DNA from: Giardia intestinalis
Lineage: Eukaryota
Strand: one strand, 5' to 3'
DNA length: 64,000 bases
NCBI GenBank assembly: GCA_000002435.2
Contig: CM018791.1
In this document: positions 9,957 through 20,300 of the stretch, piece after piece
How positions within the stretch are numbered: position 1 is the stretch's first letter
How the letters are laid out: every line of letters starts with the position of its first letter
The notes under the pieces: generated by a model
The model's input: the letters and a program-made list of their open reading frames with translations, nothing else
Told to the model about the DNA's origin: nothing
Database searches by the model: none
Made by a program: the position numbers and the translations under genes

Positions 9957-10451
9957 CTAGACTATCGCCTTGGCCACGATTGGCAGCAGCATGGAATATG
10001 GGAGGCGTCTCTGCATGGCTGAAAAGCCGGACTCATATGCTGTCAAGAGCGTCTTGTCCAGGATGCGCTCTGGGTCATGCCAGTACGTCTTAGCGAAGGA
10101 TCGTACCCCTGCCTCGAGGAAGTTAATAGCGCTCGTCACGGTAATGTAAGGAGGAAGGGGAGATGAGAATACCCGTGAGCGCTGAGTGCCTGGAACGGGG
10201 TGTAGCCCCTGGGACCTTCTCAAATTATTCTCTGTTTCAAGGAGATCACGGACATGTAAATCTTCAAAGAGAGCGTAGTTGGCATTTCCGCAGCCAGGAT
10301 GTTTGGCCATGCGAGGATCATGGCAGATCTTGGGGGTCTCAAGAAAGTCAATCATGAGGCTAGATTTAAATAATTCTTCATGCCCCCGAAAGATATCACA
10401 GGATACAGTAGTAATCAGAAGGCAAAAGAGGACGCAAATCCTCTCCCACAT
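9957..10451 (-). CDS. Hypothetical protein (164 aa from the first ATG; the open frame extends to a GTG at 10607)
   Basis: 216-codon open frame in a 430-bp gap that otherwise has no long ORF. The track start at 10607 is GTG, and the first ATG is at 10451. No recognised domain. The 5' end overlaps the start of the + strand gene at 10380 by about 70 nt. Confidence 0.35.
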   Translation of the reverse strand: MWERICVLFCLLITTVSCDIFRGHEELFKSSLMIDFLETPKICHDPRMAKHPGCGNANYALFEDLHVRDLLETENNLRRSQGLHPVPGTQRSRVFSSPLPPYITVTSAINFLEAGVRSFAKTYWHDPERILDKTLLTAYESGFSAMQRRLPYSMLLPIVAKAIV

Positions 10452-11573
10452 CTGAGTCAATTGGCTTGTTCGCCAACTTCCATAATTAATCAGTCCCAGA
10501 ACCAGAGCCAAACCAGGCCACCGAGCTATTCTGATGCAGGACGTCAACACTTTAACGACTACCCGTCGCTCAACAACATGATAACCCCCAGTTCTGGCTC
10601 TTCTCACTCAGGTAACTATCACCAGCAGAGCACCGTGGGAAGCCTACCGGCCTCTAACCTTGCCAGTAACATGGGTTCAGGCATGCCTCACTCTTCTTAT
10701 TTTACACACCCTTCAATGTCAGCAAGCCAGGTCAGTGGGCAGCAGCGTATACCCGTGGGATCATCATACCACCAGCAGGCACCAGTGCCCTCGCGCGATG
10801 ATCAGCGGCACACCGTATCAGTCAAGCATACTCCCGTTTTATCTACACCAAGTTTTGCCCATACTCAGCAGCCTGGAAGACCCGCCCATATGCAATCCGC
10901 ACCAACTGGCACAGTACCTGTTCAGCAGCACTCTCAGCACGATAGCTATCAGGACCCGAGAACACTACCTCAACGGCAGCAGAGTCAGATTCCATATTCT
11001 GCGTATCAACATCACTCTTCCTCGCCATATTCTCAGGTGCCAGGGTCTCTACCGTTCGTCCAGAGCAAATCGGAGTCGCAGCCGATGGGCTCGCGCTCCT
11101 CCAGCACACCACTGGTTACTGGCATGCCAGTTATGCATTCCTCCTCGGCACCAAACGTGCAGCCCGCAGTAGTGCCACGCTCGCCGCGAACTCAAGATAC
11201 CAGTTTGCCGCCTCCGCGGTTTGTGCCGACCTACGACAGTGAAACAATAGCACAAAGGGTAACCGGATATTATTCAAAGCAATCGTCTGATTTCGCTAGC
11301 CTCATCAAACTAATTCAGGATTCCTCAGCAGAGTACTCATGCATATTCAGTGACTCATTAGTGGCAGACCTTATTGGCGCATCCTCCTTAAGCTCTCCCT
11401 CGCAAGGACACTTACGGGCTATTGGTCTTACACTTCAGCACATGCTCACTTGCGTTCTCGAAAAGGCCCATGAGCTCTCGGTTACAACAAATCCCGAAGG
11501 CTCTTCCATCTTGACAGATGCTGATGTGAAAAACGCACTTACTATCCTCGGATTTACTTCGCTTGTAAATTAA
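10380..11573 (+). CDS. Gln/Ser/Pro-rich low-complexity protein with a structured C-terminal ~110 aa (possible histone-fold-like region)
   Basis: 397 aa with ATG at 10380 (an alternative in-frame ATG at 10578). A long Q/S/P-rich region is followed by AIGLTLQHMLTCVLEKAHELSVTTNPEGSSILTDADVKNALTILGF, which resembles a helix-loop-helix pair of a histone fold. The domain call is tentative. Confidence 0.6.
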   Translation: MPPKDITGYSSNQKAKEDANPLPHLSQLACSPTSIINQSQNQSQTRPPSYSDAGRQHFNDYPSLNNMITPSSGSSHSGNYHQQSTVGSLPASNLASNMGSGMPHSSYFTHPSMSASQVSGQQRIPVGSSYHQQAPVPSRDDQRHTVSVKHTPVLSTPSFAHTQQPGRPAHMQSAPTGTVPVQQHSQHDSYQDPRTLPQRQQSQIPYSAYQHHSSSPYSQVPGSLPFVQSKSESQPMGSRSSSTPLVTGMPVMHSSSAPNVQPAVVPRSPRTQDTSLPPPRFVPTYDSETIAQRVTGYYSKQSSDFASLIKLIQDSSAEYSCIFSDSLVADLIGASSLSSPSQGHLRAIGLTLQHMLTCVLEKAHELSVTTNPEGSSILTDADVKNALTILGFTSLVN

Positions 11574-11592
11574 CTGGGTTTCGCCTAAATGG

Positions 11593-12519
11593 TCATGCAT
11601 TGAATGGAAAGCCAAATGGGGGCGATACCTTAAAGGGATGTGGGCACTGAAAGCCAGGTAGTGAGGTGGGATGGTATATGGGCGAAAGAACGGGAAACGT
11701 ATGTGTAATTAGAGGGTAATGGCTCCCGTACGGAACAGTTTGAAAAGGAAGTGCAAACATAAGGTTTAGAGGGCCCTGGTGACCCGCCTGGAGCAGCCCG
11801 GGAGGAGGGTAGTCGGGCAGCATCAGTTTGTCAGACCGGACGGCGGAGCGCGTATGCCGTGCCGGAGGATTTGTACCGTTATATGACTGAACATTGCCAT
11901 CATTAGAGTAATTGTCTGCCAAGAAGTCAGGCTCGGTGAGCAGAGACGGAGTTGTAACGCCATCGTCAGAGGAAGAGGAAAATCGCTCCAAAGACAGGGC
12001 ATCGTGGCAATCCGTCCCGGGCAAAGTCCCAGGTGTACCACCGTTAGTATTGTAGTCGCTTCCTAAGAACGCATCAGTTGCGTCTGGGGTGAGACAGTGG
12101 GGTGTGTTGTTGAGCATATCTTCACGGGGTGAGACGTTCTTATAGCTAATAATAGATAAGTCTAAGATGTTAGAACTAGGTACACGCTGGTGTGGTGCAG
12201 AGCGAGCAGAGGATTTGCCGCTCCGCGGCCCCGGGGGAAAATCAATAATCTCACTGTCCAAAGCCACATTTCCATATATAGCACGATTATAGGCATCCCC
12301 ACGGCGCGTAAGCGTGTAGTATTTGTTCCTGATTGATGTGGCATTCCTCCCAGGGTAGTAGGCCACGTATTGGCTCCACGAGCGATTATAGACCTTGAAC
12401 AAACGCAGGAGAAGAAGCTCCTCATCTAGACCCCATTTCTTGCGAGTGACCCCTACGCGCTTCGGGTGAGCCCCCTGCGCTTTCATTGAAGCAGTGCTGA
12501 CCTTCACTGTTGTCGTCAT
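11593..12519 (-). CDS. Myb/SANT-domain DNA-binding protein
   Basis: 308 aa with a verified ATG. The N-terminal TRKKWGLDEELLLLRLFKVYNRSWSQYVAYYPGRNATSIRNKYYTL fits a single Myb/SANT repeat (W...W...aromatic spacing). The rest is low-complexity. Confidence 0.7.
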   Translation of the reverse strand: MTTTVKVSTASMKAQGAHPKRVGVTRKKWGLDEELLLLRLFKVYNRSWSQYVAYYPGRNATSIRNKYYTLTRRGDAYNRAIYGNVALDSEIIDFPPGPRSGKSSARSAPHQRVPSSNILDLSIISYKNVSPREDMLNNTPHCLTPDATDAFLGSDYNTNGGTPGTLPGTDCHDALSLERFSSSSDDGVTTPSLLTEPDFLADNYSNDGNVQSYNGTNPPARHTRSAVRSDKLMLPDYPPPGLLQAGHQGPLNLMFALPFQTVPYGSHYPLITHTFPVLSPIYHPTSLPGFQCPHPFKVSPPFGFPFNA

Positions 12520-12597
12520 AAAAGCAGTTGTAAAAGTAAAGAGTTAAGGCTTAAAAAATAAGTACGTTTGGCGTTTCTTTATTACCTGTGGAAGCAG

Positions 12598-15408
12598 ATG
12601 CAATCTGTCTCCTATGCTGCCCCCAAGTTTGCAAAAGAGAGAGGGTGCCGTACAATTGTTTTGGTGCCAGATGAGTACGAAACCCGCATCGGCCTTGCAC
12701 ACGGCACTGAGCCTATCTTGGTCCCTGCCCTGGTTGCTGTGCGGACACGAGAATCTCCTACGCGGGGTAGTGGTGTTCATCGGTATCACTTTCCTTTATT
12801 CTATGAACGGCTTATGCTTAATTCTTTAATAAATGGGTATCCACAGGCACCCTTGTCTAAATTCCAAGAGTTTAAGAAGGATTACCCCCAGATGGTGCCT
12901 TCAGCAGATACTATCGACGAAACAGACAACGATGAGCAGGTCAGGGAGCTGTCTGACCCTTTTTTATTCGGAAAGGACGTTCTATCGGCATCGTTAGCCG
13001 AGAATTATGACATTTATAATGTGTTTACCGGCGGCGGGCATTTAAACGTTCAGGGGTGTAGTTCACAGCTCCAATATTTAAAGCTTTTAGAGCGTTTTAT
13101 CCGCTACTTATTCACCCAGGTTGTCTCACGCTTTGAAAGTAACCTTATAGAGCTTCAGGAGCTCACTGGGGCCTTTAAAGTCAACCAGGAGCCAAAGCGT
13201 GCCGAGGACAGTCTTGGGGCTTTGGGTTCCTCCGCAGGACCAATCGCTGTCCCTGTGGCACCCCCTCACAACCTGGATGTAGCAGATGGTGGCGGTGAAG
13301 GCGAAGTGCAAGAACTGAAGCAGGAGAAGCAAGAAAAGAAGGCTAGGCCAAAGGCTAAGCGACCCTGCGTTCAGATAACAAAGGACGATACTATTGTAGC
13401 AGACACAGACATACCCATATACCAATCAGAAAGCGAGCTGCGGCAGGTGACGGCTGCCACAAGCAACCTGTTTGGCACCAATGCCAGATCATTGCTCCCC
13501 ACAAGGGAGAGGTTGCAGCTCTTCCACAAGCGCAGGCGACTCAACTACCTTGCAGCCCCATATGCACCCGAGCAATATACCATCGCCGTTGTGCTCCCAG
13601 ACACAATCACTCGTGCAGAATTGAGCATTTGGACCGAAATTATATATGGCAGGCTGGGATTTTCGGGGGCATTCATCTCAACTGCGACCCCCATGGCATC
13701 TTCCTTCTCCAGTGCCTCATGCATGACGCTTTCAGCCACGGCATCCTGTTCTAGAGCCTGCATCGCAGACCCAAGCAACTTCTCATTAAATAATGCATAT
13801 GCCCCTCTGACTATATGCGGAGACGTTATTCTAGGAACCGTTGCTGGCGTGTTGCACTCTCTCGTCGAGGTCGGCAGAAGGAAGACACCGTCGATAGACA
13901 CTGCTGAATCAATGAGCAACTTGGTCGCTCTCCATGACTTTCTACATCTGTATCTGCTTAAGAAAGAGAACGCTCTTCTGTATTTTCAGGAGGCTTATGC
14001 TCAGCTTCTCGAGCAGCTGGTTCTCCCGGACAAGTCCCTGTTGAATCAGTATTTTGAGTGCAAGTCGAACTGTTCCCCGGAGGAATTTAATTGCCTTGCA
14101 AAAAATATAATAAAGCACATCTTATTCAGTTCTGAACATGTGCTCTTTAGTTTGCTGCGGAATAATGGTTTGTCATACGAGGCATTGACTGCACAACCTG
14201 ACGATGATGTCCAGGCCCCAGTCATCAGTCTTGTCCAAAGCTATCCACAGAGATTTCTTTCTGTGCTACTCAAAAGGCAATCTGACCAGCAACAACAAGA
14301 GCAATGCGGTGAAGGCAGTGAAACCTTTAGGAATGGTAAGGATGATAGCGGCGTAAGCAGAGATAGGTATGCATCTATGGGACAGTCTATGGAGCAATCT
14401 AGGCCAATTTCTACGTGTCTTACAGTGAGTTTAGGATATGTGGGCTTGGTTGCTGCAGTTTGTCTATTGAATAATTGGCTGTTTGAGACGCCCAAGCCTC
14501 ACTTCCCTGTACTCTATGCTAGCCAGCATGCGGGTACAGGACTCGAAAAGTTCTTGGTTGATGATACTAATTTCTCTCTTCGCACACTATCACCGAATGA
14601 GCACTTGCAAAATTTAAATGCAAGCCGCTTGCTGGATATAGATTCAAGTGCATGCATTGGCCAGTTTTCGTTTCCATTTGACACCGTAAAGAAGGAGGTG
14701 ATTGACATGTACCAGAAAATCCCCACTACGGATTCCTCAGCAGGAGTCTCTGTGAACGCTGTTCTGGCGACAAAGTATGGAGCCCCAGAGACACTTTCTA
14801 GAGTACACTCTGTCTTGTTTGCAATCTTCATGCACTTACTTAGGCTTTCTTACCTTGTTGACAGCATGCTCAATAAGGAAGAAGCCAAGGGGAAAGGTGG
14901 GCAATCAGTTACTTCTGCCTCTACCAAAGACGCGCCTCCAGATGAGCTAGAGGCGTCGGACACAATAAAGGAGCCCGCAATAAAGAACACCGTGCCTGCA
15001 TCTGGTCCAGCCAAAGGGAAATCGCAGGGGTATGCTACCGGTATCAGCCTCAATTCAAAGGTTGCCTCTGTTTTGCAGATCTTCAAGAGCATCGTAACAA
15101 CTGGAATGCTTGTCTATCTCCCTGGATTAGTAGAATACCTTGGACAAAGCTTTTTAAAGGAGGAGAGCTATCCTGAGCTTCTAGAATTAGGTGTCAAAAA
15201 GGATGACGTTACGATAAGGTCTGCCAGCCTAGAGTGGCTAGATCAAAACTTCCGCATAGGGCCCGACCGAACAGCCTCTTTGGAGTGGCTAGGGGGCGCC
15301 TGGAGCGCACTCTGCGATGCGGGCATAGAATGCTATGTTACCTCAGAGGAGTTCCGTGCTTATGGCGTTCGTGTATTCATGGAGCGTGCGCTCTTCTTTT
15401 ATCCGTAA
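12598..15408 (+). CDS. Divergent actin-related protein-like (ASKHA fold) large protein
   Basis: The track start at 12568 is TTG, and the first ATG is at 12598. The N-terminus RTIVLVPDEYETRIGLAHGTEPILVPALVA aligns position-for-position with the actin phosphate-1 region [29 protein letters not shown]. A later VFTGGGHLNVQG resembles phosphate-2. About 936 aa with long insertions, as in long Arps. An AGTAAAT polyA signal sits 4 nt after the stop. Confidence 0.65.
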   Translation: MQSVSYAAPKFAKERGCRTIVLVPDEYETRIGLAHGTEPILVPALVAVRTRESPTRGSGVHRYHFPLFYERLMLNSLINGYPQAPLSKFQEFKKDYPQMVPSADTIDETDNDEQVRELSDPFLFGKDVLSASLAENYDIYNVFTGGGHLNVQGCSSQLQYLKLLERFIRYLFTQVVSRFESNLIELQELTGAFKVNQEPKRAEDSLGALGSSAGPIAVPVAPPHNLDVADGGGEGEVQELKQEKQEKKARPKAKRPCVQITKDDTIVADTDIPIYQSESELRQVTAATSNLFGTNARSLLPTRERLQLFHKRRRLNYLAAPYAPEQYTIAVVLPDTITRAELSIWTEIIYGRLGFSGAFISTATPMASSFSSASCMTLSATASCSRACIADPSNFSLNNAYAPLTICGDVILGTVAGVLHSLVEVGRRKTPSIDTAESMSNLVALHDFLHLYLLKKENALLYFQEAYAQLLEQLVLPDKSLLNQYFECKSNCSPEEFNCLAKNIIKHILFSSEHVLFSLLRNNGLSYEALTAQPDDDVQAPVISLVQSYPQRFLSVLLKRQSDQQQQEQCGEGSETFRNGKDDSGVSRDRYASMGQSMEQSRPISTCLTVSLGYVGLVAAVCLLNNWLFETPKPHFPVLYASQHAGTGLEKFLVDDTNFSLRTLSPNEHLQNLNASRLLDIDSSACIGQFSFPFDTVKKEVIDMYQKIPTTDSSAGVSVNAVLATKYGAPETLSRVHSVLFAIFMHLLRLSYLVDSMLNKEEAKGKGGQSVTSASTKDAPPDELEASDTIKEPAIKNTVPASGPAKGKSQGYATGISLNSKVASVLQIFKSIVTTGMLVYLPGLVEYLGQSFLKEESYPELLELGVKKDDVTIRSASLEWLDQNFRIGPDRTASLEWLGGAWSALCDAGIECYVTSEEFRAYGVRVFMERALFFYP

Positions 15409-15411
15409 GCC

Positions 15412-15418
15412 AGTAAAT
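15412..15418 (+). terminator. Putative polyadenylation signal AGTAAAT (Giardia AGTRAAY type) 4 nt after the TAA stop of gene 12598..15408
   Basis: Sequence atccgTAAgccAGTAAATag. It matches the diplomonad polyA consensus AGT[AG]AA[CT] positioned within 10 nt of the stop. Confidence 0.5.
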
Positions 15419-15444
15419 AGCCTGGGCCGTGGAAATTAAAACTC

Positions 15445-17313
15445 ATGGGAGGTGACGAGGTCCATGAGTCCGAGGAGAGCCCGCACGGAATCAATAGCTC
15501 GTCTACGGTACGTCTAAAAACGATGAAAAACGCCTCTTATACATGGAAAGACGTCTTAGGACCGCTAAGTAGAATCTGTCGCGATGCTACCCTTATTAAG
15601 CTCTGTTTGCTCCCAAAAATGCGATTTGTGGCTGCAGCATGCAGAGACCCCATCTTAAAAATGTCCTTCCTTGCCCCGTTGGAGCGCTCAAATCATTCGC
15701 TCCATACAATCTTATCTCCTCATAATTCAAGTTTTTATTCACGTATGTATCACGGGGCCGACTATCTTGGCGATGCATACTTATGCCCCACAGACAGCAA
15801 ACGGACAAAGAAGCACGGGCATGCCATTTTCTACTGCACAACCCAAGCTCCCCGGATACCAGTAGTAGCTGCTCGAATTTACCCCAAGTTAAGTCAGAAT
15901 CTTATAATCACCGTCTCCGGTATTCCACGCGAGCTTATGTTTCCAGACTCCTATGCGATGTACAGGTTTTCTCGTCCACTACTTCGGATGGCTATCTGCA
16001 CTCTGAGCCCTAAGGGGCATATACGTGTAAAAGGAAATGTGTATACCCATCCCTTGTTTGGAAAGCACTTAGATTTGTATGACATCCAAGACCCCTTAAT
16101 CCCCGGAACTGCTATGTTCGAGTCGGACAATCATGAAATCTATATTAGAGCCGATATGCTTGCGCATCAGCGGCTGTTTTTGCTGATAGAATTTACCTTT
16201 TTGGCAGATCTCAATAAGGAAGGGGAGTCTAATATACCTCTCATTGAAGTATCAAGAGGTGTGTCTTTTCTGCGACTTAGTCCCATGGAAGACTTTTCCC
16301 AATCATTTATGGAGGGTGTTCAGCAGTCTATGATGTCTTTACCAAAGCTGTTAGATAAACATGAAGCAAAGATGCAGAGAAGGCGGGCAGACGATGACTT
16401 TATGCGTATTTATGACCTCGTGGACATTTTGAATTTGGTAGGGTGCACAAAAAATGATTCAAAGTTAGTAAAGCTCCTTCAATCTGCTTCTAAAAATGTA
16501 AGCAATCCTAATAAACAAAAGCAAAATCTGCAACAATACTCCCCCGTGGATCAAACATCTATAGAGCTGCCCATATTTGAATTCTCAGTCTCGGATCCTC
16601 TTACAACTCTCGTTGACGGAACAAGCTTCAAACGTTGGAAGTCCAAGCCGAGCAGGTCCTGCTCACTTGTGTTGAAAATAAAACCTATACACATTCGTGA
16701 TGTAGGACCACTGAGTAGACTTCCAGGGACAATGATTGTTCCACCGCGATGTCTATTCTTACTAGATCATATTACGGCAGCATATGCTTCCATGCTTGTA
16801 GGTCCACAATCACATCTCCAGCAAGCTAATCCTCAGTTGGGTCGACTCTGCGTAAGACCAGTTGTAGACGATGGTGACACTAGCGGCCTTGCCGCAATGC
16901 TAAGATCTTCATCTGGCTCTGCTTTGCAATTTCCCGCTGAGATTGCAACCCTTACTGCCATAGTGAAAAGTTTTGGCCGACAGAGAGCGGTCATACAAAA
17001 CGAATATCCCGTGGCACTCTCAGGAAGCGCTCTCCTGTACTTTTTTGCCGCTATATTTGAAGAACGTGTGAACGAGGTGCCCCGGGATCTCAGGTACTAC
17101 ATGAACCAAAGCGTTTTGCTACCAGTGTCCTTAAATATTACTGATAACATATTTCTGGGGACATTCATACGATGTTTAAGATACTTTCAACATTCAATAC
17201 TAAGGGAGATGGCAGCAATGAATTTGAGGAACGAGTGGAGGGGAGATGAGACGACATGGGATAAGGAATATGATCAGATAGTCAGGCTCCTTTCAAAAGG
17301 CCAGTCTTACTGA
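15445..17313 (+). CDS. Hypothetical protein
   Basis: 622 aa with ATG at 15445, preceded by ggaaattaaaactc. No recognised motif. The 3' end overlaps the convergent gene 17307..20480 by 7 nt (cagtcTTAcTGA). Confidence 0.7.
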   Translation: MGGDEVHESEESPHGINSSSTVRLKTMKNASYTWKDVLGPLSRICRDATLIKLCLLPKMRFVAAACRDPILKMSFLAPLERSNHSLHTILSPHNSSFYSRMYHGADYLGDAYLCPTDSKRTKKHGHAIFYCTTQAPRIPVVAARIYPKLSQNLIITVSGIPRELMFPDSYAMYRFSRPLLRMAICTLSPKGHIRVKGNVYTHPLFGKHLDLYDIQDPLIPGTAMFESDNHEIYIRADMLAHQRLFLLIEFTFLADLNKEGESNIPLIEVSRGVSFLRLSPMEDFSQSFMEGVQQSMMSLPKLLDKHEAKMQRRRADDDFMRIYDLVDILNLVGCTKNDSKLVKLLQSASKNVSNPNKQKQNLQQYSPVDQTSIELPIFEFSVSDPLTTLVDGTSFKRWKSKPSRSCSLVLKIKPIHIRDVGPLSRLPGTMIVPPRCLFLLDHITAAYASMLVGPQSHLQQANPQLGRLCVRPVVDDGDTSGLAAMLRSSSGSALQFPAEIATLTAIVKSFGRQRAVIQNEYPVALSGSALLYFFAAIFEERVNEVPRDLRYYMNQSVLLPVSLNITDNIFLGTFIRCLRYFQHSILREMAAMNLRNEWRGDETTWDKEYDQIVRLLSKGQSY

Positions 17314-20300
17314 TCATCCTGACTTTCGGTAGAACAGCTGTATGAAGTTGATGAGGGCGATTCAAGTATCCGAGCCATTTCGTTATAGAGAGCTATTTCT
17401 TGTTCATCAGTACACCCATGCTCTTCTCGCTCCTTCTCGATCCACTTCAGTGGAGTCATTCCGGCAGAGTCACATATGCCTCGCTCATAGTCACTAAGAA
17501 TAGTTACTGAAACGAGGTCATGTAATTGTATCGCCATGATCAGCGCAGTATACCCATCTCGATCCGTTTTCACTCCAGCCTCCAGATCTGCAAGCAATTT
17601 GATGACAGGATGAACTCTTTCCCGAGTTGCATGCATCAGCGCTGTCCATCCATTGACATCTTGCAGTCTTCCTTCGTCTTTCTGGAGCAGCTTGACACAA
17701 TCAACGTTTCCATGGATCGCTGCATACATGAGAGCGGTCATTCCTTTTGTATCTCCAAGTCTTCGTTCATATAGCATAAGTATGATTAAGCTTTCAACTG
17801 AGTCGCATTCTGCTGCGTGCATAAGTGCTGTGCGACCATCCTCGTCCCTAAGTCCGTGCTGGACTTCTACATAACTCCACACGGTGATCACATCATCCTC
17901 TTCTGCAGCCTGGATTAGTTCCGTGAACCGATCGATCTTGTTCTCGGTTTTATTTGTGTGCTCAAATGGGATGGACAGTGGGACACCTTCGTATTCCCTA
18001 AGGACCTTAGCTGCCTGGTAGTGCTCTTCTTTCAGCGCCAAAGAAAGTGCCGTCTCTCCATCGTGGCGTTTTATCATGGCCTCCTTCTCCATGAGTGCAG
18101 GAATCAGCTTACTGCGATTCATCAGTGCCGCAAGCATGAGCGCGGTATTACCATCGTTGTTAGTCTGACCAGCCATGTAGATGTATTTGTTTAACTCACT
18201 GATGTCGTTATTGTAGATTGCAAGCATAAGTGGAGTGTTACCCCGCTCATCTTTAGCGCATTCCTTAGAGCTGAGACCTGTTTCTTCCGAAGATGTGGCC
18301 TCTTCGGCACCGAAGTTGTCAGTGAGGCTTTTCAACAACTCTGAGCGAAGAGCAACCTTATTAATGTAGTGTGTTTTCTCTGATGCATCTGAGACATCGT
18401 TGCCAACGTGTACCGTAAGAATTGGGTTTTTGTCTGCAGAATGGGTCAACTCTTCATCTAACAAAGCCATACTGATAATTTGCATGCGTCTAAGCTCCTT
18501 ACGTAAGTGCTCTATTTCGATTTGGAGGTCGTCGTGTTTTGTTACGGATTCATAAGTTTCCAAAAGTCGATTACCCAATTCCTCGATTGTTAAGGCTGGC
18601 CCACGACTGTGATCTGTCTTAAATGGCTGAGGCTCATGGGACTGTTGGCTTTGTTCTTCATCGGCTACATTTAATTTCGTTAATGTGATACCCGGGGGAT
18701 CAGTAAGAGCATCCAAATCTACACTTCCTTGTTCAGGGACACCCTCTGTTGTGCTGTACTTGCCAGAGTCCATTCGTTTTTTGGTGTTTCTTACGCAATC
18801 CTTGTGCCTATTAGGGGTGGAGGCAGATCCTGTTGAACCACTACTAGACTGAAGCGCCTGGGACAGTTGCGGTCCTCCATGCACTTGCTCCTTCTTTTCT
18901 CTCCTACTACTTTGCTTTTCTAGCTCAACTATTCTAATGTTGAGGGAAGTGTTATTGGTTGCAAGCCTATGAATCTGAGCTTTAGCGTCTAGGAGCTGTG
19001 CTTGTAGGGAGTTATTTGCCGTTTGTAGTGTGCACACCTGTCGTTTTAAATCAGCGGACTCCATACGCAGCCGCTGAATATCCGGGTTGGACGACGGCTT
19101 CTTCGCTATGCTCTCAGCCATCTTGAGCTTCTCACGAGAGCTGAGGGTTTTTTTAGTGTGACCTGACAGTACCGCAACAGTACTTCTGTTGGTATAAGTA
19201 CTCTCATCTTGTTCGTGGACATCACTTATTTTCGAAATGACGGTTGCTTTGTTCGGAGCAGGCTTCGATACCGGCTCTTCAGAGTTTTTCTGGTCACATT
19301 GAATGGCAATATCGTTTAGTTGGCTTCTTCTAGTCTTATGTGCTCGGGTGCATTCCTTCATATGTTTTTTGTACTCTACCCTAAGTTGTTGATATGAAGT
19401 TATCAAACTCATCAGCCTCTCGTAGTCAAGCTTAGATGTTTTCTTGTTAGCTTCTGAGAGTGTGCTTAATTTGGACCTTAGTTCTTCTATGGTTTCGTTC
19501 TGACAATGTATTGTCTCTTGCATAGTTAGAATGTCATATTGCGAAGACCGTTCATTCTCTGCGTCACCATTCCGGCCCTGTTGCTGATGAGCTGTGGGGG
19601 GTGTAGAGTGTATACCTTGCTGCGGAAGCTCTGAGCCGATGGGCACAGAACCGTTATTGCGCGGATTTGACTTTAGGTGGCGAAAATTTCCAGATTCGCT
19701 GCGTCTCGTTGGAGATTGGTCTGGTACGTTTGCTAGGGGTTTAGTAAGAGCAGAATGACTACGTTCAGGGGCAGCCTTATACTGATTAGAAGTTCCATGA
19801 TTCTTGGCTGTATGCTGAGTTCGGCTCAAAGACCTCAGCATGGGGGCGATCTGTTCCTGTGAGGAAGTAGAGCTCTGTGGTTCTTCTTGCGCAGATACCC
19901 CTATCTGTGGAGACAACAAGTACTCACCAGAGCTCAAGTACTGGTTCAGGATATCCCTCGTGTATAAAGTCCCAAGACTGATAGCCAACTCCATTGCATG
20001 CTCAAGATCACGCTTAGTGAATATCTTATGATTTAATAGATACATGACACAGCTGAATTTCCGCTGGATTACTGCATGATCTAACGCAGTCCGCCCCTGA
20101 TAGTCCTTTTCAAAAGAAAGATATGGAAACAAGTATGGGAAGCAGGATATACTGGACGATTGAACGGCGACCATAAGAGGCGTTAGACCGTCAATTGTCC
20201 TTATCCTGTATTCTCGCTCCACAAGAATTCTGCAGACATAAACGTGGTCGTGGCGAACTGATGTGATCAGTGCGCTATCGCCTTTACTGTTTGTGAGGCC

